Assembly: GCF_002113885.1 (NCBI RefSeq)
Contig: NW_018406801.1
Span: 13,241-77,240 of the forward strand
Origin: Mizuhopecten yessoensis
Lineage: Eukaryota
Direction: 5' to 3'
Length of the DNA: 64,000 nt
The position numbers and the translations under genes are program-made. This document shows, one piece after another, positions 1 through 10,549 of this stretch (the stretch's first letter is position 1; every line of letters begins with the position of its first letter). The notes under the pieces are model-generated. The model saw nothing but the letters and a program-made list of their open reading frames with translations, was not told the DNA's origin and did no database searches.

Positions 1-670
1 GTCAGACAGGTGACAGTGTTGTGATGTTTAGTATTGTTAGGGGTTATATGTCAGACAGTTGACATTGCTGTGATGTTTGTTATTGTAAGGGGTTATTTTT
101 CAGACAGATGACAGTACTGTGATGTATGGTATTGTTAGGGGGTATATGTCAGACAGATGACATCGCTGTGATGTTTGGTATTGTAAGGGGTTATTAGTCA
201 GACAGATGGCAGTGCTGTGATGTTTGGTATTGTTAGGGGTGATTTTTCAGACAGATGGCAGTGCTGTGATGTGTGGTATTGTTAGGGGTGATTTTTCAGA
301 CAGATGACAGTGCTGTGATGTTTGGTATTGTTAGGGGTTACTTGTATGACGGATGACATTACTGTGATGTTTGGTATTGTTAGGGGTTATTTGTCAGACA
401 GATGACAGTACTGTGATGTTTGGTATTGTTAGGGGTTATTTGTCAGACAGATGACAGTGCTGTGATGTTTGGTATTGTTAGGGGTTATTTTTCAAACAGA
501 TGACATTGCTGTGATGTTTGGTATTGTTAGGGTTTATTTTCCAGACTGATGACAGTGCTGTGATGTTTGGTATTGTTAGGGGTTATTTGTCAGACATATG
601 ACAGTACTGTGATGTTTGGTATTGTTAGGGGTTATTTGTCAGACAGATGACAGTGCTGTGATGTTTGGTA
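1..670. repeat. Tandem repeat, unit about 59 bp, about 11 copies (continues left of the window)
   Basis: GTCAGACAGATGACAGTGCTGTGATGTTTGGTATTGTTAGGGGTTATTT. Confidence 0.95.
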
Positions 671-738
671 TCAATGACGAGATCGTAGATACTACTGTTC
701 TTCTTGTTATCTATTCAATGTTGTTTTTTTTTTTACAG

Positions 739-816
739 GTAACTGTCGACATAGACGGCAAAATCTACAGCTTGGATGTGAATGCATGGGTTGAAGATAG
801 CCCATATTATGTTACC
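739..816 (+). CDS. Putative internal exon of an unidentified upstream gene
   Basis: Strong acceptor (long T tract, then ACAG) and donor ACC|GTGAGT; 78 nt, phase 0-0, open as VTVDIDGKIYSLDVNAWVEDSPYYVT. I do not recognise a homolog. Confidence 0.55.
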
Positions 817-1308
817 GTGAGTGTATAGTAACACCTCCCTGTCCTATCCGACAACATGTCAAATAAGAGAAAAAAATGGTTTATCGAATATACATCATCA
901 TACCTTCGTCACAATTTACAAACACAATTTCAGTTTGGGAAATATTCATTGTTTACTATTCGTATAGCACAATCATTAAAATGTTATTGTGTACCGTTTT
1001 TATAACTACGCTTTAAGACTGTGTAAACTGAGGCGTCAAATATGTACGAGATGACACATGTGAATTGATTCGGTTACCTGTCCATAGATTAACCAGAGTC
1101 TATCGGCCCCTTCATCTCGATTCAATGATGTCCTTGTGCACACATCTAGATGGTTTCCTTTATCTGCCCTTTAACCAGACTGCTCTCTCTTTGTCCAACA
1201 CTTAGGAGTTTCATGATGTTCGCTGTGTGTCATGATTAACAAATTAGCTATTCATGTATCAAGCATGGATTATGTGCTCAAACAAACGTTCTTGTACCTT
1301 GATTACAG

Positions 1309-1410
1309 GTAAATCATATGACACAGAATCATGTCAAGTTTAAAGGTCTCTCTAAAACATTTCCCTTACCACCAAAGATGGCATTTTCAAAAATTATTCC
1401 ATCACTATAG
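1309..1410 (+). CDS. Putative terminal exon of the same unidentified gene
   Basis: gattacag| VNHMTQNHVKFKGLSKTFPLPPKMAFSKIIPSL-TAG; phase 0, compatible with exon 739-816. Confidence 0.35.
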   Translation, partial: VNHMTQNHVKFKGLSKTFPLPPKMAFSKIIPSL

Positions 1411-1928
1411 TTGTTTGATCTGAAGTGTACAAATGGATATTTCGGGGCGTTTTGTACACTTTCTTAGGTGTTTGATCTGAAGGGTACACGTGGATATTTC
1501 GGGGCGTTTTGTACACTTTCTTAGTTGTTTGATCTGAAGGGGACACGTGGATATTTCGGGGCGTTTTGTACACTTTCTTAGGTGTTTGATCTGAAGGGTA
1601 CACGTGGATATTTCGGGCGCTTTGTACACTTTCTCAGTTGTTTGATCTGAAGTGTACACGTGGATATTTCGGGGCGTTTTGTACATTTTCTAAGTTGTTT
1701 GATCTGAAGGGTACACGTGGATATTTCGGGCGTTTTGTACACTTTCTCAGTTGTTTGATCTGAAGTGTACACGTGGATATTTCGGGGCGTTTTGTACATT
1801 TTCTCAGTTGTTTAATCTGAAGGGTACACGTGGATATTTCGGGGCGTTTTGTACACTTTCTCAGTTGTTTGATCTGAAGGGTACACATGGATATTTCGGG
1901 GCGTTTTGTACACTTTCTCTTAGTTGTT
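1408..1928. repeat. 57-bp tandem repeat, about 9 copies
   Basis: TAGTTGTTTGATCTGAAGGGTACACGTGGATATTTCGGGGCGTTTTGTACACTTTCT. Confidence 0.95.
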
Positions 1929-2249
1929 GCGATGTCATGGCCGCGTTTCAGTTTCATCTTTTGAATAATTAATTAATTGCTTGGTTTTACGTCCGCTTCA
2001 CTACCGAGTAGTTCGGTTATCCAGCATACGACAAATTTGAATAATTTTCGATAATTCTTTCATGTAAGAGAGGACCACCTAATATACACTTTTATTTGGT
2101 TCTTCTTGATATCTTGATACTGCACAGAAAACGTTGCTGCAACAGATTGTATTTTTATGTAAATCAATACTGCCGAAATGAAACCAAATACAGTTGTTGA
2201 TGCTTTCAAATCGCGAAATAGACCTCTTGACAAAAGTTGATTTTTTATC

Positions 2250-4720
2250 TGTAATGTTTTAACTATGTTAAACAATATTGCCGTAATAAAAGTTGATATT
2301 TTGTCTGTATCGTAACTGTCTGTACCTATAACAATTTTGCCGAAATGAAAGTTGGCATTTTGTCTGTATCTTAATTGTCTGTATCTAAACAAAATTGTTG
2401 AAATACAAGTTCATATTTTACCATGAAGAACAATTTCGCAGCAATTCGTTTTGATATTTTTTGTCTGTAAGTAAAATATATTTTAGCAGCAAAAAATGAT
2501 ATTGTACCGGTCTCAAAAAAACATATTTTTTTTTATAAGAAGTTCATATTTTAACTAAATATAACAATATCACAGCAACACATTTTGATATTTTGTCTGT
2601 ATCTCTACAACAATATTGTTGTAATACAAGTTCATATTTTATCTGTATGTAAAACAATATTGTTGTAATACAAGTTCATATTTTGTCTGTTTGTAAAACA
2701 ACATTGTTGTAATACAAGTTCGCTATTTTGTCTGTATGTAAAACAATATTGAACAATATTGTTGTAATACAAGTTCATATTTTGTCTGTATGTAAAACAA
2801 TATTGTTGTACAAGTTCATATTTTGTCTGTATGTAAACAATATTGTTGTAATACAAGTTCATATTTTGTCTGTATGTATAACAATATTGTTGTAATAAAA
2901 GTTCATATTTTGCCTGTATCTAAAACAATATTGTTGTAATACAAGTTTATATTTTGTCTGTATGTATAACAATATTGTTGTAATACAAGTTCATATTTTG
3001 TCTGTATGTAAAACAATTTTGTTGTAATACAAGTTCATATTTTGTCTGTATGTCAAACAATATTGTTGTAATACAAGTTCGCTATTTTGTCTGTATCTAA
3101 AACAATATTGTTGTAAAAAAGTTCATATTTTAACTCTGTATAAAAATATCACAGCAACACATTTTGATAATTGCTCTGTTTCTAAAACAATTTTGTTGTA
3201 ATACAAGTTCATATTTTATCTAAAGGTTAAACAATATCGCAGCAATGCAAATTGATATTCAATCTATATCTAAAACAATATTTATGCAATACAAGTTCAT
3301 ATTTTAACTCTATAGAACGATATCTCAGCAATACGTTTTGATATTTTTGTCTGTAAGTAAAATATATTTTAGCAATACAAAATGATATTTTACCTGTCTC
3401 CAAAACAATATTGTTGTAATACAAGTTCATATATTAACTAAATATAACAATATCACAGCAACAGATTTTGATATTTTGTCTGGATCTCTACAACAATATT
3501 GTTGTAATACAAGTTCATGTTTTCACTATGTATAACAATATACATGCAACACATTTTGATATTTTGTCTGTATCTATAACAATAATGTTGTAAAACAAAT
3601 TCATGTTTTAACTAACTATAACAATATCACAGCAAAACATTTTGATAATTGATCTGTTTCTCAAACAGTTTTGTTGTAATACAAGTTCATATTTTGTCTG
3701 TATGTTAAACAATATTGTTGTAACACAAGTTCATATTTTGTCTGTATGTAAAACAATATTGTTGTAAAAAAGTTCATATTTTAACTATGTATAACAATAT
3801 CACAGCAACACATTTTGATATTTTGTCTGTATCGAATACAATATTATTGTAATACAAATTCCTGTTTTAACTATGTATAACAATATCACAGCAAGACATT
3901 TTGATATTTTGTCTGCATGTAAAACAATATTGTTGTAATACAAGTTCATATTTTGTCTGTATGTAAAACAATATTGTTGAAATACAAATTGATGTTTTAA
4001 CTAACTATAACAATATCACAGCAACACATTTTGATATTTTGTCTGTATCGAAAACAATATTGTTGTAATACAAATTCATGTTTTACCTATGTATAACAAT
4101 ATCACAGCAATACATTTGATATTTTGTCTGTATCGAAAACAATATTGTTGTAATACAGATTCATGTTTTAACTAACTATAACAATATCACAGCAACACAT
4201 TTGATATTTTGTCTCTATCGAAAACAATATTGCTGTAATACAAATTCATGTTTTAACTAACTTTAACAATATCATAGCAAGACATTTTGATATTTTGTCT
4301 ATATCGAAAACAATATTTCTGTAATACAAATCCATGTTTTAACTATGTATAACAATATCACAGCAAGACATTTTGATATTTTGTCTGTATCGAAAACAAT
4401 ATTGTTGTAATACAAATTCATGTTTTAACTAACTATAACAATATCACAGCAATACATTTTGATATTTTGTCTGTATCGAAAACAATATTGTTGTAATTCA
4501 AATTCATGTTTTAACTATGTATAACAATATCACAGCAATACATTTTGATATTTTGTCTGTATCGAAAACAATATTGTTGTTATACAAATTCATGTTTTAA
4601 CTATGTATAACAATATCGCAGCAACACATTTTGATATTTTGTCTGTATGTAAAACAATATTGTTGTAATACAAGTTCATATTCTATCTGTATGTAAAACA
4701 ATATCGCTACAATAAAAGTT
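2250..4720. repeat. AT-rich satellite with a monomer of about 43 bp and dimeric higher-order units of about 87 bp
   Basis: AAAACAATATTGTTGTAATACAAGTTCATATTTTGTCTGTATGT, alternating with the variant AACAATATCACAGCAACACATTTTGATATTTTGTC. Confidence 0.92.
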
Positions 4721-5382
4721 CAGGTTGATCTGCTTTTAAATAAAAACACTAAAACCGTGATATGCAGCTGTTGATATGGTACAAAACATATTTGTCTTGC
4801 GAGATAAGCATGCCATGGGTATGTCCTGTTTCCTCGGATATAAACCAATTCTGTTTGATTTCCTGTTTTGCATTTGAAAAGTCTTCTGAAATAAAAGTTT
4901 TGTTTTGAATGATGTATTGCATCTGATTTTTTAATGGTTATGTATTTTAAGAATGCCTTATGTGATGCAAATGGGTGTTTCTTTTGCTAAAGCAGGTGGT
5001 CCATAAATCGGTTTAAAATGCGTTTTCCTATACAGGCACATTGCTACATATGTTGCAAAGCACGTAGTCGGTGATATAAACATATGTGTGAAGGATTGTT
5101 AATATCCATAAGTTCATGAGGTGTACTAACGGGCAGTATGTTAAGTGTGGCATAGAACTTTCATATACTTGAGGTAGCCAGGACTGCATTAAATGAGGAA
5201 AATATTTCCGATCAACTCATCTGATCCTACAATCCACTAAAGCGTCATCTGACAGGCAGTGATGTGTAGAGTTTCTCTTACTAAGTAAAGCGTCATCTTT
5301 CTCACCGGTAGAGAGTTCTTGCAATTAAATGTTCCTGAAGATATGACTATAGTAAAATACAATAGTGATTTTTACTATTTCC

Positions 5383-6722
5383 TTAACGTGTCACAAGGCA
5401 ATATTACAGGTATATACAATGCGTTAGAAGTCATAAACACTTAACGTGTCACAAGGCAAAATTACAGGTATATACAATACATTAGAAGTCATAAATACTT
5501 AACGTGTCACAAGGCAATATTACAGGTAAATACAATGCATTAAAAGTCATAAACACTTAACGTGTCACAAGGCAGTATTACAGGTATATACAATACATTA
5601 GAAGTCATAAACACTCAAAGTGTCACAAGGCAATATTACAGGTAAATACAATGCATTAAAAGTCATAAACACTTAACGTGTCACAAGGCAAAATTACAGG
5701 TATATACAATACATTAGAAGTCATAAACACTCAAAGTGTCACAAGGCAATATTACAGGTAAATACAATGCATTAGAAGTCATAAACACTTATCGTGTCAC
5801 AAGGCAATATTACAGGTAAATACAATACATAAGAAGTCATAAACACTTAACGTGTCACAAGGCAGTATTACAGGTATATACAATACATTAGAAGTCATAA
5901 ACACTCAAAGTGTCACAAGGCAATATTACAGGTAAATACAATGCATTAGAAGGCATAAACACTTAACGTGTCACAAGGCAATATTACAGGTATATACAAT
6001 GCACTAGAAGTCATAAACACTTAACGTGTCACAAGGCAAAATTACAGGTATATACAATACATTAGAAGTCATAAACACTCAAAGTGTCACAAGGCAATAT
6101 TACAGGTAAATACAATGCATTAGAAGTCATAAACACTTAACGTGGCACAAGGCAATATTACAGGTATATACAATGCATTAGAAGTCATAAACAATTAACG
6201 TGTCACAAGGCAATATTACAGGTATATACAATGCATTAGAAGTCATAAACACTTAACGAGTCACAAGGCAATATTACAGGTATATACAATGCATTAGAAG
6301 TCATAAACACTTAACGTGGCACAAGGCAATATTACAGGTATATACAATGCATTAGAAGTCATAAACAATTAACGTGTCACAAGGCAATATTACAGGTATA
6401 TACGATGCATTAGAAGTCATAACCCCTTAACGTGTCACAAGGCAATATTACAGGTATATACGATGCATTAGAAGTCATAACCCCTTAACGTGTCACAAGG
6501 CAATATTACAGGTAAATACAATGCATTAGAAGTCATAAACACTTAACGTGGCACAAGGCAATATTACAGGTATATACAATACATTAGAAGTCATAAATAC
6601 TTAACGTGTTACAAGGCAATATTACAGGTATATACAATACATTAGAAGTCATAAACACTTAACGTGTCACAAGGCAATATTACAGGTAAATACAATACAT
6701 TAGAAGTCATAAACAATTAACA
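5383..6722. repeat. 58-bp tandem repeat, about 23 copies
   Basis: TTAACGTGTCACAAGGCAATATTACAGGTATATACAATGCATTAGAAGTCATAAACAC. Confidence 0.97.
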
Positions 6723-8949
6723 AGTTGCATTGCATCGGAATAAAACTCACGATCTATTAAAAAATGGCGCTCGTCATAATTTCATTGCCAAGTGTGTTTA
6801 CTGAACCCTCATCTCATTGTATCGTCTCCTCTAAATCTGAAAGGGTCCCTAGTCATCAGTTGTTGTCGACGTCGTATCGTCCATTAAGGCCCTTGTGGGT
6901 GGTCGTTTGGTGTTCACTGCAATTTAACAAACACAACTACTACTAGGATCAACGGAAATATTTCTTCAGTATTTTATGAGAAATAGCGAAAATATTTTTG
7001 CAATGTGAATTCCAAGATGCATGGTTGCCTGGCAATATAGCCATCTTGTTTTGTAATCTACCCCAGTTCCATGCGCGACTCTGTGGTAATAAAAGCCTAC
7101 AAGTGAAATTGGAGAAAGATATCTGTAAAATGGCGATAGCTAAGTTTTACTGTCAAAATGCAAGATGGCTACTTGTCAGACTAACTATGGACAGGCGGAC
7201 GACAGGCGATTTTAACAGCCCAGGGTTTTTATGACGAATTAAAAATATCAAGTTAGGCACAAAGAAGGAAAATCTGAGACGCTCGGGTGCCGATATTCCT
7301 TCAAAATCCAAGATGGCAACCATACACGGTTCCTATCAAAAAGTGCTAAGTTGCACGTGAAAAATTAGCAGCATATAAATGTATGACACTTACTGTGACG
7401 TGTCGAGTAGCCTTTTAGTCTTCACAGAAAATAATATTCATTATATATAATATAATATTATAATAGTGGACGCAGGCACTTATGCCTATATAACCAGATC
7501 GAATTTACATTAATCCCGAATATGAATAAGTTCGTTATAGTCTTGCCCCAAGTGTTTATCCGATCGGGATTTAAATGATTTGATTGTTTGTGAACTACAG
7601 TAACAAGTCAAGTCAAGTCAAGTGAATTTTAAAATGAATGTTAAAAAGAATTTAAGGAAACGTAAATTTATGAAACTGGAGCCTCAATACGTCTGGAGAG
7701 GGCATAATTCTCACCTACGTGGTTTTCTAAAATGTTTAGTCCACGCATACATATTTCCTTTTTATTCCCAAACTTTCAAAACTCCTAAAGTAACCTTTCT
7801 TCATTTAATGAGAGACATATATACTGGCTTTATATGTCTCTAAATTTTATTCCTTTTTGCTAACATTTTTGAGTTTAAAAAATGTTGTAAACTTTTCATT
7901 AATTGTGCTGTATATAGTACCGTTGGTATGCCATTTGTCTATAAGTGAAAGATCAATTCAATTAACATCATATTAGATACTACATGGACTAGCTTGTCAA
8001 TGATATATGGAATATGAAACTGAAGAAAATAAAAAGTTCACAAATTACATATACAAGTATATATCAATATGTATGTGCCAGAGTTCCGACAGGTAAGTTT
8101 TACAGTTAGATTCACCTGTTGAAATTCAGACACTTTTTAGGAAAAAAGACTATAATCCATCTCAAAACAAGTTGCCCTACAGGTAAATTAAAAATGTTGG
8201 TACTCAGAGAAACACCCATTGTGTATTTCCTTCAACAAATTACATAATTACTACACACATAAATAATACAGATATGCATAAAATGAAAAGCACATATTGG
8301 CCTGCCCGCATAAAATACAAACAAACTGAAAAGCAATCACTACAAATAAAGTAATGTTTTATTAGCGGCACATGAAATTGTCACAAATAAGTAGAAAACA
8401 ATACAAACAGCACGTAAAACATATATACACATTGCAGCATAATTACTAGCTAAAAGTTTGAAGCAGGAAGATAAAAACAACAAATACAGCGAAGGGAGGG
8501 AACGCATCATTACATCGCACAATGACAACTTGAACTCGCCATTCCACACTTTGATTATTTGACAAGCTATGATGATGAGTTCCACGTAGAGGCAGCTAAA
8601 ATAAATAGTTAAAGCTATTTGTTCCATTCTTAACTGTTCTGTTTCGAGGTACTTCTAAAAAATGTCTATACCTGAAATTATAAGATGAAGTTTTTACACG
8701 AATAAATTCCTGTAGATAACAGGGGCCTTGTTCATTAAAAGTTTTAAAAGTTTCTATCTGGAGTTAAAATCTTGATGAATATATTAAATAGCTGTTTGAT
8801 TTAAACATATTTTATGTGCATCAAAATATACATTGGGATTGTGCACAAGTTTTCTAACTTATATAAAGCCCTTTCCCAATACAATAGAATTTAACAATAA
8901 GAGGTTACAAGATGACATATATATATATATACATCATATTTACAAAATA

Positions 8950-8952
<3 letters not shown>

Positions 8953-8990
<38 letters not shown>
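8953..8990. repeat. (GA)19 microsatellite
   Basis: Seen directly. Confidence 0.98.
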
Positions 8991-8993
<3 letters not shown>

Positions 8994-9687
8994 TGATTAA
9001 GTATATATAAAAATAAATAAATGTGGACAATCTTTTTCGACACCGACGGCAGAACTTTACACTATACGCTTTTCCAAAACTTTCATCTTGAACTATTTAA
9101 GAGCTGTATAGTGTACCCTTTCGATGTTCTTGGTGTTTGCCAAACTGCCATATAAGTTGATAAAAACTCAAGCTTAACAATATAAATGCATAATAAATAA
9201 ATTAACGAAATGAGTTTTTCTTGTGATTTATTGCTCTCCTTTAATAGTTTACCGTTCATAAAAGGAGCTCGGGGTTTCCTTTGATATTTTTGCTCGATGG
9301 GAAAATGCTGCTCAATTGTAACAGCAAAAGGTTGTTCACGAGCCCAATTAACATCATTTGGGTCACCAAAACTGTGGGCTGGTCATATACGAGTAATAAA
9401 CTTGCGAATTCATTTTTTTAACCGCAGGATACATCACAGAAACTTGACACCACACAATCTATTAAACATTATTTGACCTTATTACATGATGGTGATGACC
9501 GAAGAAACTGACGAAATGAGGACAAAATACACGACAGTGAACCCGAAGTAGGAACAAACACACGTCGCAGTGTTTTACTTTACATTGCAAATGCAAATGT
9601 ATAGAGTAATATCCAAGGACGAAACTTCAGCAAGTTTGTAAGAAAGTATCAAGATATGTGAAAAGAAAAAGTAAACGATTCTGTATT

Positions 9688-10112
9688 ACCACGGACTTAG
9701 ATAGCATCTATTTCTAATTCCGCGATATCACCTCTCTATCGTCCCACTCGACAACTTTAAAGCCGCAAGATATATTACTATACTGCAAGTTTATTCATCG
9801 GAAGCTCTACCACTGAGCGAGGGAAATTCCCTCTAGCTCGAAAATAGAACTAAGGCGATCGTAGGTACATGTACAAATAAAAACTGCCACATTCGTATGA
9901 ATTCATTTGGTACATCATCTAACAGTTATACTCAATTTGTCATCATCAAGTAACGACAGCATCTGGAAGAAAGTTCTAATGGTAAGCATATACATCTATC
10001 CTTTAATATTGTTTTTAACAGTTTTTATTTTTATCCAAATTAAACTAATGAAGAAGACAAATCTCGATCTCAGTCAAATCACGGACTTAGATAACTATTC
10101 TAATTCCGTGGT
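9688..10112. mobile_element. Small element bounded by two paired inverted 14-bp motifs (Crypton-like non-autonomous element?)
   Basis: ACCACGGACTTAGA-11nt-TCTAATTCCGCGAT at 9688-9726 and ATCACGGACTTAGA-7nt-TCTAATTCCGTGGT at 10078-10112. Confidence 0.45.
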
Positions 10113-10353
10113 CAAATCGATCATGGCCGCACGTCAGTCCTTTTGCCGATACAAAATAGTTTGTAATTTTTTTACAAATCAATAGCCCGAAATATTTCTT
10201 TATTTCTAAATTATACAGAGCTAAGATATTTTTTATGATATCATTTTATTGCTGGTTTATTTGTCAAGAAAAGTGACAATGGTCGACTAAACGGCGTGTG
10301 TATCGAAGAGTAATCTCCCCTTCATTCCAGTCTTCTCCGTCTATCGGTGTGCG

Positions 10354-10381
10354 TGACGTGGCCAATGGAGTCTGCCATATT
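10354..10381 (+). promoter_or_regulatory. TM9SF3 proximal promoter motifs: TGACGTGG(C) bZIP/E-box-like site abutting a CCAAT box, plus a YY1-like GCCATATT
   Basis: GCGTGACGTGGCCAATGG about 100 bp upstream of the ATG, in a locally CpG-richer patch. Motif match only. Confidence 0.45.
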
Positions 10382-10459
10382 GGCCGAAGAGTCTCGGAAA
10401 TACCCGTTTAGCATCCATCTCGAATCCAGCAATACTTGAAGACATCTAAGACAAATAAG

Positions 10460-10549
10460 ATGGGCAGTCGATGCCTTAGCCTTTTAGTAATAACATACAT
10501 CGTTATTTGCGTCTTCAACACTGCATTTGGAGACGAACATACCCATCAG
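10460..10549 (+). CDS. TM9SF3: TM9SF3 exon 1 (signal peptide)
   Basis: [30 protein letters not shown], then donor CAG|GTAAAG; phase 0. Confidence 0.9.
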
